Counted from the first letter of the stretch, positions 19,467-28,556 are shown. The stretch is DNA of 64,000 nucleotides from an uncultured Verrucomicrobiota bacterium (GCA_964555235.1 CAZKRU010000007.1:10359-74358), one strand, 5' to 3'. Made by a program: numbers and translations. The notes: generated by a model not told the origin, from the sequence alone.

Positions 19467-20213
19467 CTACTTCACCTTGAAGATGACCGCATGACCGCCC
19501 GGAATTTCTGCTTTCCCGGTGAATGGCTGCACGTTGCTCATATTGAGAAAATACTGGTCGTTTTGAGGATCCGGAACGACGGTAATCGTGACGCCCAGTT
19601 TTGAGAGTTCTTTGAGAGTAGCAACGTTGAGCTTGGTGACTCCCTCCATTTGACTATAGCGGGTTTCGTAGCGGTCCCGTGCCAGATTGACCGCCTTGTC
19701 ATAACTGAGGGTGAAGAGGATCCCGAATCCAAGGAAGCAGGCGCAAGCGGCCGTGCACCACGGAATCCATCGCCGCTGTTTGGATGTACGAAGGAGGATT
19801 GCCTCAGTCTTGCCCAGGAGTGGAGCGATCGATTCTTGAATTTGGTTGATGAGTCGGTTGGTTTCCTGTGAGGCCTGCTCCTGTGCTGATTGGATCTTCT
19901 CGGCTTCGCTGTGCACGGCCGTTGCGGTGCTTTTGATGATCTCGACGGTCTTACTCAGCACTTCGCTACTGGCCTTCACGTATTCAAGGCAATCGGTCGG
20001 ATTGAAGTCTTGAGGGAGTTGAGCCGGCGCGGATGCCTCCGGGGTGCCATCGAGTTGTTCGAACCACGTTTGAAACGATTGCCGGAGGATTTCAAAGAGA
20101 GGGTGATCTTTCGAGGGAAGCTCATGCCCATCGATCGCATCCTCGATCATTTGACGGAGTTCTGAGGGGAGTGATCCCAAAAAGAGATCCCATTCGGTTG
20201 GAGTGTCGTTCAT
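19467..20213 (-). CDS. Hypothetical coiled-coil protein with one TM helix (mobilisation accessory)
   Basis: 248-aa ORF between relaxase and coupling protein. Confidence 0.65.
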   Translation of the reverse strand: MNDTPTEWDLFLGSLPSELRQMIEDAIDGHELPSKDHPLFEILRQSFQTWFEQLDGTPEASAPAQLPQDFNPTDCLEYVKASSEVLSKTVEIIKSTATAVHSEAEKIQSAQEQASQETNRLINQIQESIAPLLGKTEAILLRTSKQRRWIPWCTAACACFLGFGILFTLSYDKAVNLARDRYETRYSQMEGVTKLNVATLKELSKLGVTITVVPDPQNDQYFLNMSNVQPFTGKAEIPGGHAVIFKVK

Positions 20214-20235
20214 ATAAATGAGTATGTTACTACGA

Positions 20236-20529
20236 TTAGAGTTTGATGAGGGTCGGCTTCACGGTTTTCCGGAGGTAGTAATAGAGTTTCTTATCTCCGT
20301 CTGGTCTAGAAATGGGACATACCCATCCTTCGAGGTGAACTACCGTGCAGGGTTCAGTTTTGTTTCCTTCTTCATCCTCCGTTGAGTCGATGAAATAAAA
20401 CCCCTGAATCTTCTCTGGAGGAAAGACGAAGAAATCAATTTCGACGTGCTTTGAAGGAAGGGAAGATTCGCTCTGTTCCGCTGAGGTTTTGACTCGCGGC
20501 GTGATTTTCGTGTTCGGGTCGGGTTCCAT
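20236..20529 (-). CDS. Hypothetical protein
   Basis: 97-aa ORF overlapping the relaxase 3' end and filling the gap to the next gene. Confidence 0.45.
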   Translation of the reverse strand: MEPDPNTKITPRVKTSAEQSESSLPSKHVEIDFFVFPPEKIQGFYFIDSTEDEEGNKTEPCTVVHLEGWVCPISRPDGDKKLYYYLRKTVKPTLIKL

Positions 20530-21664
20530 GGGCTTGTTTCCTGATTTGTTGATGAACTACGGGGTTGATCGGTTGAAATTGGTTTTGCGACGTGCGAACG
20601 TCTTTGATCTGGCGTTTGAGCTCCTTGATCTTCCGGAAGCGTTCCATCTGTTTTTGTCGGATCGAGTCGAGGGTGATTTGTTGGGCGGCCTTCGAGACGG
20701 CTTTTTCGAGAGAGGTGGGGCGATAGCCCATAAACCTCATGGCCTGCTTCTTGATGGAGTTTTTGACCCGGATCCGGCGTTCGGATTTTATCTCGGTCTC
20801 GATGGCTTTGATTTGCTGATATTTGGCGAGAATGACCTTTTGCTGGGACTTGAATTCATTCCAGCGCGGGGTTCCGGGGCCGATGGTAGGAGAGGGCCGG
20901 ATCCGCGGTGGACGTGGAGCAAAAACAAACCGGTGACCTTGGGCGTGTTTCTGAACCCGCTCTTGGACATGAGGATCCTCGATCTTCTTTTCCCAGAAGC
21001 GTAGTTGGGTGGCGAGGGATTCTTTAAGGAAGTTGAGTTTGTCCTCTTGGCCGTTATCAATCTTGTTTTTGAGCTGACCGGAGAAAGAGACGAACTGGCC
21101 GCCTTGGGTTCTGGGGTGAACAAAGACGTGGGCATGGAGGTTATCGGTGTCGTGATGAAAGCCATAGGTGTACCCCAGAGAGTCGCCTTTGTGGAATTGA
21201 TCGGTAAAGTTCCGCATGGTCCGTTTCATGCACTGGTGAAGGACAGCCTGCGGGTTGATTCCCTTGGCAACGAGTTTGTCGTGGAATTCCTTCGACATCG
21301 AAAAGACGAGCCTGTGGTGATCCTTTTTCGTTTTTGGGAATCGGTTGGAGTGGACTTTCCACGCGCGGAGGATGCGAGTTCGTTTTTCCTTGTTGGATAA
21401 ACTCTCGAAATGATCGAACCCGCCTCCGGATCTGCGGGAGGCGGCCGTCCGGATGAAACCGGCAGCATGGAGCTCTCCGAATTCTTCTTTGGAGAGATAG
21501 TCGATCCCATCTCCGGGTGAAATCTTTGGTTTGACCTCTTCACCGGCGCGGCGAGCTCTGGCGCGGTCGGCGTAATGTTTGAGGTCGGAACCCTCGATCT
21601 GGTATTCCGGATCGAAACCGATACCGGAATACTTCATGACGTGGACAATGATGCCATGACTCAT
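20435..21664 (-). CDS. HUH relaxase (MOBP-like)
   Basis: HHRLVFSMS (motif II-like), GFHHDTDNLHAHVFVH (HUH motif III), N-terminal tyrosines (KHYADR, IDYLSK), basic C-terminus; start uncertain (21664 or 21685). Confidence 0.82.
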   Translation of the reverse strand: MSHGIIVHVMKYSGIGFDPEYQIEGSDLKHYADRARARRAGEEVKPKISPGDGIDYLSKEEFGELHAAGFIRTAASRRSGGGFDHFESLSNKEKRTRILRAWKVHSNRFPKTKKDHHRLVFSMSKEFHDKLVAKGINPQAVLHQCMKRTMRNFTDQFHKGDSLGYTYGFHHDTDNLHAHVFVHPRTQGGQFVSFSGQLKNKIDNGQEDKLNFLKESLATQLRFWEKKIEDPHVQERVQKHAQGHRFVFAPRPPRIRPSPTIGPGTPRWNEFKSQQKVILAKYQQIKAIETEIKSERRIRVKNSIKKQAMRFMGYRPTSLEKAVSKAAQQITLDSIRQKQMERFRKIKELKRQIKDVRTSQNQFQPINPVVHQQIRKQAHGTRPEHENHAASQNLSGTERIFPSFKARRN

Positions 21665-21698
21665 GAGAGTTGACCCTCCGCCCATATCGTAGTATGGT

Positions 21699-22043
21699 AT
21701 GAGCATGAGAACAGTGTATCTCGCCGAGAGCGACAATTATCTTTTGGAGTCTCATCGGATAATGGCTGAGCGCATTCAAGCCGACCGTTCACTTTTACGA
21801 TTTCCAAGAAAACAAATCGCAAGATGGCTTGAAAATGATCTTTCGTGGAGTTCAAGACTGGCAACTGAAGAGTGGGTGACTTTACTAAAACCGGAGAATT
21901 TTGAAGAGTTGATTCATGCAATGACACGGGACGACGATGAAGGACAACGCCTTCGTTCGAGCTCTCCTTTTGGCGAGGGCATCCTTTCGCGTGAAGAGAT
22001 CGACGCTCTTTTTGATGAGGCTTATGCATCGGTCCCAAGTTGA
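21699..22043 (+). CDS. Putative antitoxin partner of the DUF6036 protein
   Basis: SHRIMAERI...EEWVTLL...GQRLRSSSPF, typical of genes preceding DUF6036; overlaps the downstream gene. Confidence 0.65.
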   Translation: MSMRTVYLAESDNYLLESHRIMAERIQADRSLLRFPRKQIARWLENDLSWSSRLATEEWVTLLKPENFEELIHAMTRDDDEGQRLRSSSPFGEGILSREEIDALFDEAYASVPS

Positions 22044-22596
22044 GCATCTGATTCGGGAGATTTCCAAGTTTACCGGCGATAAAGAATTCTTGATCGTGGG
22101 AAGTCAGTCGATCCATGGCATGATGAATTTCCCTCCAGACGTTTTTAAAAACTCGGTAGAGTGCGATTTTTATAGGGAAGATGCGGCATGGATTCAAAAG
22201 GTTCGAAAAGCTTTTGGGCTTGAAAGCGAGTTTTGGAAGAGGAACCAGTATCACGCCGACCCCATCGGTGCCCATGTGGTCAAAATGCCTCCGGGATGGA
22301 AGGATCGACTCATCACGTATCAGATTGACGACATCATTTGCAAAGTCCCTCAACCTTTGGATTTGGCGGCCTGCAAACTCATGGCGGGTCGAGAAAAGGA
22401 TCTGGTGTATGTGAAGGAGCTGGTGTCGTGGGGTTTCGTGAAGAAGGACGAATTGGTGGAGCGAGTTCGGACGATGGGATCGGCTGACGATCCGAACATC
22501 CACTTGAAGCTTCGTCGCTTTGACGAATATGAGACTCAAACTCAGAGAGTTCAAAGTAAGCATCGTCGAGATGGGCATCGGGGTCATCGGCTTTAA
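22024..22596 (+). CDS. DUF6036-family nucleotidyltransferase (putative toxin)
   Basis: MHRSQVEHLIR, FLIVGSQSIHG, SVECDF, PPGWKDRL, DLAACKLMAGREKD; GAGG RBS before ATG 22024. Confidence 0.8.
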   Translation: MHRSQVEHLIREISKFTGDKEFLIVGSQSIHGMMNFPPDVFKNSVECDFYREDAAWIQKVRKAFGLESEFWKRNQYHADPIGAHVVKMPPGWKDRLITYQIDDIICKVPQPLDLAACKLMAGREKDLVYVKELVSWGFVKKDELVERVRTMGSADDPNIHLKLRRFDEYETQTQRVQSKHRRDGHRGHRL

Positions 22597-22597
22597 G

Positions 22598-22813
22598 TTA
22601 TTCAAAAGTTTTGAATCCTAGCTCATAAAATTCGGCGGCAATATTTTGGTAATGATCACAATTTTTCCCAAGCTCAATGCTTTCAAAAGGTTTCCTTTTT
22701 TGTCCGCCTAAAAAAAATTCTTTGGCAATATCATACGCAACACAATTTTCTTTAAAGTCTTTATCCAAAGGAAAACCAACTTCCTTTGCTGCGTCTTCAA
22801 AACTTTTTTTCAT
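22598..22813 (-). CDS. Small hypothetical protein
   Basis: 71 aa from ATG 22813, immediately after the MobC-like gene; internal repeat YDIAKEFF / YQNIAAEFY. Confidence 0.5.
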   Translation of the reverse strand: MKKSFEDAAKEVGFPLDKDFKENCVAYDIAKEFFLGGQKRKPFESIELGKNCDHYQNIAAEFYELGFKTFE

Positions 22814-22814
22814 T

Positions 22815-23060
22815 TTACTCCCAGTATTCGAGAACCGTTCGTTTGAGGTCGGCCATTTCCTTTTCAAGTTCTTCGGCCCACTTAGGCTTTGGGGAGGAGG
22901 CGAGCGGCCGGTGCAGGCAATCCGAAATCGCCCGGGCGATGGTGTCATTGGTCTTCATGTTCCAACGCTTTGAAAGTTCACGGACGGCCGCTTTCGTTTC
23001 AGGGGTTGAAAAGAAGTTTATCCGGACTTGGTTCGGGTTTCTTTTCTGGTTCTGCTTCAT
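22815..23060 (-). CDS. Ribbon-helix-helix protein (MobC/NikA-like relaxosome accessory)
   Basis: VRINFFSTPETKAAVRELSKRWNMKTNDTIARAI strand-helix-helix pattern; adjacent to the candidate oriT. Confidence 0.6.
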   Translation of the reverse strand: MKQNQKRNPNQVRINFFSTPETKAAVRELSKRWNMKTNDTIARAISDCLHRPLASSPKPKWAEELEKEMADLKRTVLEYWE

Positions 23061-23069
23061 CTTTTGTTT

Positions 23070-23486
23070 TCCCAGTAGTGATTTTAAGAATGGTTTTTGC
23101 CGTAGCGTGCCTGACACGCGGAGGCCTGTTTTGGGGAGTCAACGAGCCAAAACGTAAAATGGTGCACAATTTTACTATGCTCTTTACCGAAGAAATGGTG
23201 CACATTGCAGCATTTTGAGGAGGTGGTTTCGGAACTCGAAACCCGAGTCAAGGGAGCCAAAGTAGAGGCTTCCTTGACCAGACCGGAGGCCAGAATGGAG
23301 CCTCCGGGGAGCTTGTCTCTGGCGGCAGAACCGCCAAGGACTGGGTGACCGGATTGCGGCGGAGGCCATGCTTGGGGGGCGGGAGTGGCGGCCGAAATCG
23401 GCCTCCGGAGAGCACCAAACCTTGGACACCCAATCCAAATTCCTGCGACCTTCGGTCGCCTCTTTGAAAAAAATGAGGTCATAAAA
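23070..23486. other. Candidate oriT / single-strand origin region
   Basis: Non-coding gap upstream of the RHH and relaxase genes; palindrome GTAAAATGGTGCACAATTTTAC (23154-23175), direct repeat AAATGGTGCACA (23157, 23193) and several CCGGAGGC/GCCTCCGG inverted repeats. Confidence 0.5.
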
Positions 23487-24860
23487 TCAAGGGTGAAGGG
23501 ATCGGGAGGGTTTGAAAGCATTCGGAATTTGAACCCGACTTGATGGGGTTAGGGGCTCGGGTTTGAATGGGTTCAGATCGGATTTGAGTTCATGCTCAAA
23601 CTGTTTGAGGGTTCTCCAATCGGCCTGAACAAGATCCTCAGTCTGCTTCTGGGAAGGGGAAAAGCCTGCGCTCTGGGCTCTTTCCAAAAGCAGAATGGCC
23701 TTGTGGCGGCGGGCTTCGTTCATCGTCTTTTGCCATTCTGCCTGACGAATTTGTTCATGGGTTTTGTCGGTTGGAGAGATCAACTGGGTCGGTTCGGAGG
23801 CCTTGAGCACCTGACCTTGTGAGGTTCCCCGGTGGTAAAGGTTTCCGGCTTTGGTGATCTCTCCGGATTGTAGGAGCTCGGAAACCAAGGTCGTTTCACG
23901 CAGGGTTTGGATTCGCTCGCGGTCGATCCGGATGAGGTCATGGTTCCAATCTTTGCCCTCCGGAACGAGAATTCTCAGGTCGCCTTGGAACCCCAAGTCT
24001 TTCAAAGTCTTCAAAGCGCGGCTGGTTCCGTTCACTCCCTCCACGTCCGAGTTGAGGGCGAGAACCACATTTTTGCGGCCTTCGGCCGCAAATTGAGCGA
24101 GGTTTTCAGGGAGGCTATTACCTCCTAGCGAGAGAAAACAAGGGGTGTTCGTTTGATCCAGAAGCCCCTTTTGGGGGGCGAGCTGGGCGAGGCTGAGGGC
24201 CTCGATCGGAGACTCGGTGAGAATGAGGGTGTCGGCCGTCTTGGGGTTTCCAAGGTAGAACCAAGCGAAGGTTTTGGATCCCAAAGCCGACTTCATTCCG
24301 GTTTGGTGAAGGGTGGAGCGTGAGCTCAGGCCTCGGATTTCTCCATCCAAGTTCCGGTGCAGAAAGGTTGCATTGGTCAACATCGGGAGGTCTTTGGAGT
24401 GAGTCGCTTTGATAACTTCTGGATCAATTAGGGCAGGGTCAATGCCACGGGTCTGAGTCAAATAGTCGTGGACGTGGCCCCACTTTTCGGGAGCATCGAT
24501 GGCAAGGCGTGCGCGTTGCTCCGGGAAAGATTCACTGGGAGCGGAGGAGGGCGAAGCCGCCTTGGAATGCGCTACTGGGAAAGAAAGAGGGGTTTGGGCG
24601 TTGGTGCCGTGCCGGTCGGCAAGCCAGACGCAGGCCTTTCGGAAGTCGGTTTGATTGAGGTGCATGGCAAGATCGATGGCTCCAAACCCGCCTTTTCGGT
24701 TCTTGTGATCGAACCATTTCTGGCCGGTGACGTTGATCGCGTGGAGGTCATTTTTGAACATGATCGATTGGCCTTGGCGGTCGGAAGCGAACCCTTCGGA
24801 CTCAAGAATTTGGGCAACCGGAATATCCCGGACTTGATCGGCGAGGTTGATGAGAGGCAT
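23487..24860 (-). CDS. DNA primase-like protein (DUF3991 + Toprim)
   Basis: KWFDH...GFGAIDLAMH, YLTQTRGI, LILTESPIEALS, VVLALNSDVEG, GKDWNHDL. Confidence 0.82.
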   Translation of the reverse strand: MPLINLADQVRDIPVAQILESEGFASDRQGQSIMFKNDLHAINVTGQKWFDHKNRKGGFGAIDLAMHLNQTDFRKACVWLADRHGTNAQTPLSFPVAHSKAASPSSAPSESFPEQRARLAIDAPEKWGHVHDYLTQTRGIDPALIDPEVIKATHSKDLPMLTNATFLHRNLDGEIRGLSSRSTLHQTGMKSALGSKTFAWFYLGNPKTADTLILTESPIEALSLAQLAPQKGLLDQTNTPCFLSLGGNSLPENLAQFAAEGRKNVVLALNSDVEGVNGTSRALKTLKDLGFQGDLRILVPEGKDWNHDLIRIDRERIQTLRETTLVSELLQSGEITKAGNLYHRGTSQGQVLKASEPTQLISPTDKTHEQIRQAEWQKTMNEARRHKAILLLERAQSAGFSPSQKQTEDLVQADWRTLKQFEHELKSDLNPFKPEPLTPSSRVQIPNAFKPSRSLHP

Positions 24861-24867
24861 AGCAATC

Positions 24868-26325
24868 TCAGCTATCGACTTGTGATAAACCCTCTTTTGA
24901 AGCGGCAAAAAAGAGAATGTTTCGATCCGGCACGGCGCTGCGGATCTGGGTTTTGAAATTCTCGGAAATGAACTCTGCGGCGAAGCGCGAGGAGTTGATG
25001 ATGAGGGCTTCGTCCGGATCCCGAAGACCCAAGGGGCTGAGGTCCTCAAACCAACGCTTCACGGTTGCTTCGGAGCTGAGGGATTGCATTTGCCGTTTGA
25101 GTGCGTCAAAAATCACTCGAGCGGTTACAGCGGATCCGGGCTTGAGGTGGGGGAGTTGATTGAGAATGCAGCGATCGACGGGAAGCACTGGAACCGGCGA
25201 AACGGAAGGTTTCGCGGAAGGCTCGGAGGCAACATGTTGGCGCGCGCGGTCGAGAGCCTTTTGCCAAGAGCGGAGCAAGGCGACAAGCGACTGGGGACGG
25301 TAGAGTCGGCGGGTGGGGGATTCGGGGAGCCGATACCATACGGCGATGAGATCGAGATCCGACGGTGAAACGGTTGGCAACGCGTCGAAAAGTTCGAGCT
25401 CCTTGCTCGTCGGGGTAGCGGTCAGGGAACGCCCAAAAACCGCCGAAAGTCGGCTCAAAACCGCTTCTTTTCCCATAGGCAAGAAGTCAGCGGAAAAGCC
25501 GCTTTGAGCGGGTTTTTCCGCCCCCGATGGTGCGACCGGATGGGAGCGACGATTTTCCTCGTCCGTCCGAGGGCCGATAGGCCCGGAGGCGGGGCTTAGT
25601 TTTGCGGCGATAGCCGCCTCGGATTGAAGGGGGGGGGATAAAACAGAATGCGCTTCTGGGAAAGGAAGAGCTTGGGGCAACCCTCCGGCCTCCGGTTCTG
25701 GGCTTGGCGGCACGGGCAAGGGGGTAGGGGGATTTAATGCAGTATCCTCTGCTGTAATCTCTGTTCCTGTGAATGTGCGCATTCCGTCCGATCGAATGGC
25801 CTGATTTGTGCACTCGATAGGGCTGTTTGGTGCGCTCGATAGGGCGAATTTGTGCGATCTGCTGTTGCAAGGGTTTACGACTTTTTTCGAGACTTCTGGG
25901 GATGATGAATGGGATTGGGTTGCGTCTGGACTTGATCCCTCTTCTGGATGGGGGGTCGATCGATAGGGCGGATTTGTGCACTCTGCAACTGCAAGGGTTT
26001 GCAAAAGTTCAGCGAGCTTCTGGTAGTTAATCCGGTAAAAGACAATATGCTTCCATAGATTGCCGTTTGGATTATCGAGTTTTTCTTCAAGAACTCCAAT
26101 TTCGCGAAGCTTCCTTCGAGCGGTTTCCTGCTCGCGCTTGGATAAAACGGTTTCTTCCTCCCATTCAGGAGAAGATTTATAAAACCATCCACCCTCTAGC
26201 GTCGCCCTGCGACTCCAATAAACCGCTTGGGAGAGAAAAACACCTGCTGTCACTGAATTGGCGACTTTTGCAAAGACCCGGTGATAGGCGATAGGGCTAT
26301 CGAGTAGAAAAGCGATGTCGTTCAT
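24868..26325 (-). CDS. Replication initiator (phage replisome-organiser-like wHTH) with C-terminal DnaA domain-I-like module
   Basis: N-terminal SVTAGVFLSQAVYW...GWFYKS..EWEEETVLS..EQETARRKLRE; C-terminal LSSEATVKRWFEDL...SRFAAEFISENF; internal iterons. Confidence 0.78.
   Translation of the reverse strand: MNDIAFLLDSPIAYHRVFAKVANSVTAGVFLSQAVYWSRRATLEGGWFYKSSPEWEEETVLSKREQETARRKLREIGVLEEKLDNPNGNLWKHIVFYRINYQKLAELLQTLAVAECTNPPYRSTPHPEEGSSPDATQSHSSSPEVSKKVVNPCNSRSHKFALSSAPNSPIECTNQAIRSDGMRTFTGTEITAEDTALNPPTPLPVPPSPEPEAGGLPQALPFPEAHSVLSPPLQSEAAIAAKLSPASGPIGPRTDEENRRSHPVAPSGAEKPAQSGFSADFLPMGKEAVLSRLSAVFGRSLTATPTSKELELFDALPTVSPSDLDLIAVWYRLPESPTRRLYRPQSLVALLRSWQKALDRARQHVASEPSAKPSVSPVPVLPVDRCILNQLPHLKPGSAVTARVIFDALKRQMQSLSSEATVKRWFEDLSPLGLRDPDEALIINSSRFAAEFISENFKTQIRSAVPDRNILFFAASKEGLSQVDS
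25792..26000. repeat. 22-bp iterons inside the rep gene (putative oriV)
   Basis: TCGAATGGCCTGATTTGTGCAC (25792), TCGATAGGGCTGTTTGGTGCGC (25814), TCGATAGGGCGAATTTGTGCGA (25836), TCGATAGGGCGGATTTGTGCAC (25960). Confidence 0.75.
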
Positions 26326-26338
26326 AGTGTTTTGTGGG

Positions 26339-27301
26339 TTACAGTTTTAGGCTCATCGTTCTTTGGTTTTTGGGGGATAAATCGACGCGCTCGACCGGAT
26401 GAACGGCATCAGGCTTCAACATGTTTGAGGGGTTTTGATCGAGGCTCCTGACAATGAAAAAATCCGCTGCCTTCTGCGCTTCGCTGGAGGCCTGTACGAT
26501 GAGTTTAGGGTCTTTGGAGAGAGTAGTGCGCCAATTCTCAATGTAGGCGGCAGAATCGGGGATAACGGCATCCGTTTGGATCCCCGCCGTGGCACTAAGG
26601 AAACAGGATCCAAGCTCTGCAATGAGCTCCTCTTTGGCGTAGGCGGGTGATCCGAAATCTCCGGAGAGAGGTCGATCAAGGCGAGATGGATGCCCCGAGG
26701 CATGGGTGAGCTCGTGGAACGTAGTATGATAGTAGGATTCAGGTGACTTGAACGATTCGCGGCAGGGTATGTGAATCTCATCCGAAGAAGGATGGTAGCA
26801 TGCGCCGGTGAAACCGTGTTTGATTGGAACGCCGGAGTTTTGAATCAGTTGATCGCCTTTCTCGATGGGGGAAAGAAACGATTGACCTGGCTGAATCTGA
26901 AACTTCTCAGGGATTTTGACTCCTTGGGTTTGAGCCAGATTGAAAACGTTGGCATACCGCAAAAATGGAATCTGTTTTTCTTTCCCATCAGAATCGAGAA
27001 TCGGCTTGGAGCTGCTATCTGTCGCTGGTAGCAGTTTGTAGAAAAGGACACGGTGGGCCTTTTCACCTTTCTTAATTGTACCTCCGAGGTCTGAGGCCTG
27101 TTTGTAGGTCATCCAAAGGGAGGACTGATACTCTGCAACAAGATTGAGATTGAAGAAGTTGATTCCTCGGTAGATTTCTCCGGAGACAATGTTCCGAGCA
27201 AATCCGTCGCGCTGTGCGTTCCATCCCTTTTTCCAAGGGACAACGCCACGATCGAGCTCTTGGATGATGCGATTGGTGATGGATTGATAGACTTCGTTCA
27301 T
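26339..27301 (-). CDS. ardC: ArdC-family antirestriction protein (ssDNA-binding + zincin domain)
   Basis: VYQSITNRII..L..GVVPWKKGW, YRGIN, WMTYKQA, VFNLAQ, HELTHASGHPSRL, YAKEELIAELG. Confidence 0.92.
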   Translation of the reverse strand: MNEVYQSITNRIIQELDRGVVPWKKGWNAQRDGFARNIVSGEIYRGINFFNLNLVAEYQSSLWMTYKQASDLGGTIKKGEKAHRVLFYKLLPATDSSSKPILDSDGKEKQIPFLRYANVFNLAQTQGVKIPEKFQIQPGQSFLSPIEKGDQLIQNSGVPIKHGFTGACYHPSSDEIHIPCRESFKSPESYYHTTFHELTHASGHPSRLDRPLSGDFGSPAYAKEELIAELGSCFLSATAGIQTDAVIPDSAAYIENWRTTLSKDPKLIVQASSEAQKAADFFIVRSLDQNPSNMLKPDAVHPVERVDLSPKNQRTMSLKL

Positions 27302-27501
27302 CGGTCGAGGCGGGTTTCTTGGTGAGCTGAGTGGATCCACGATTCGGCCGTTGGCCGATCAATGGCGAAACGATTTTGAATCTCTGGGCGAATATCGATC
27401 GAGCCAGTGAGGTGTCGATAAAGGCGCGTCTGGGAAAGAGGGAGGTCCCGATTTATCTCTTGAAAAATATAATCATCGAGGAACGATTCGTAGTTAGGCA
27501 T
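27298..27501 (-). CDS. Small hypothetical protein
   Basis: 67 aa; AGGAG RBS; ATGA-coupled to ardC. Confidence 0.55.
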   Translation of the reverse strand: MPNYESFLDDYIFQEINRDLPLSQTRLYRHLTGSIDIRPEIQNRFAIDRPTAESWIHSAHQETRLDR

Positions 27502-27518
27502 GGATTCTCCTATTGTGA

Positions 27519-28475
27519 TCAGATTTTTATGCCTCGACTTTGAGGATCGACGTGTTGCAAGGGAACGCGCTGAACGATATTTTCATTGGAAAGGGGTGAG
27601 TCCTCCAATGTCTTTAGATGCCGATGAGTAATCAAGTCATGTTTGGATGCGTTTTCGTGGATGGATTTTATTTTTTCAACAAGGTGTTCTCGACGATCAA
27701 AGGTTTCATTGTTGCACCGATCCCACCCCTCATACGTGGGATGTGGGATATGCTCAACGAGAGCCCATTCAAAACGTTCTTTTGAATTACATATCCCGTA
27801 TTCATAGTGCCGATCGGAAGCCTCCGTACTCTTGATAGAAAAGCTGCCACCCGTATTTCGAATAATATGATCATTCCATTCTGGTCGATCGGGGCCACCG
27901 CCAAAATCATCAATCTTTTTACAAGCTTGATCCGTGAGAAAGTCCAACCACTGAGAAAAGCAGCCTTCATGATCTCGAAGCTTCGGGTCGATATGTTTTT
28001 TGGGATCAAAATTTTCTAAGATCTGATTTGTTTTAAGATGATCGATGGTGGTCTTTTTTTGTGATTCGATCATCCCGAGGTATCCGTCACTAAGGATTTT
28101 TTGCTCCATTTCAGACGCCGCTTTATTGAGCATTTGCTCAGTTTCTTTGACTTCTGTTGAAACGCCTTTTAATGAGTGAGGACCTAATGATCTCTCGGTT
28201 AATTCTGAATATTTTTCTGGATTAAGGACACCAACCCCGGTTTCTTCTTTGCCATCAATCCATATCGAGAAAGGCCTCCAGCCACCATTAGGCAGGGGCT
28301 CAAAGAGAAGCTCTTGGGCAACAGTTCCTTCACTTTTGATCATCGTAACCGAAAAAAAATTCTTACCATTCTCAACCGGGATTCTTTGTACATGCAAAGC
28401 TCCGTTTCCATCTGGATGCGCAAAGATGACTTTATCTTTCCCAGAGAGAGCTAGTAATTTTCTCGCAGTTTTCAT
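27519..28475 (-). CDS. Hypothetical protein, candidate T4SS substrate
   Basis: AT-richer ORF from ATG 28475 ending ...PQSRGIKI. Confidence 0.65.
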   Translation of the reverse strand: MKTARKLLALSGKDKVIFAHPDGNGALHVQRIPVENGKNFFSVTMIKSEGTVAQELLFEPLPNGGWRPFSIWIDGKEETGVGVLNPEKYSELTERSLGPHSLKGVSTEVKETEQMLNKAASEMEQKILSDGYLGMIESQKKTTIDHLKTNQILENFDPKKHIDPKLRDHEGCFSQWLDFLTDQACKKIDDFGGGPDRPEWNDHIIRNTGGSFSIKSTEASDRHYEYGICNSKERFEWALVEHIPHPTYEGWDRCNNETFDRREHLVEKIKSIHENASKHDLITHRHLKTLEDSPLSNENIVQRVPLQHVDPQSRGIKI

Positions 28476-28500
28476 TCTTTTTTTCCCAGTAGCGTTTTGA

Positions 28501-28530
28501 AGTGGCCCCCCTCCGAAGAGGGAGGCCACT
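28501..28530 (-). terminator. Stable hairpin with C-UUCG-G loop (terminator or stabiliser; no clear U tract)
   Basis: Minus strand AGTGGCCTCCCTC-TTCG-GAGGGGGGCCACT between two minus-strand genes. Confidence 0.5.
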
Positions 28531-28556
28531 ATGTTAGTATCTTACTATCTTATGCC

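Noticed and set aside
21661-22605. 314-aa minus-strand ORF
   Set aside because: Antisense to the DUF6036 pair, which has clear family motifs; translational coupling to the relaxase cannot be fully excluded.
25792-25981. 22-bp repeats as a CRISPR array
   Set aside because: The repeats are directly tandem without spacers, degenerate, inside a CDS, and no cas genes are present.
24868-26325. Prophage call based on the phage-like Rep
   Set aside because: No capsid, terminase, tail or lysis genes; the context is conjugative.
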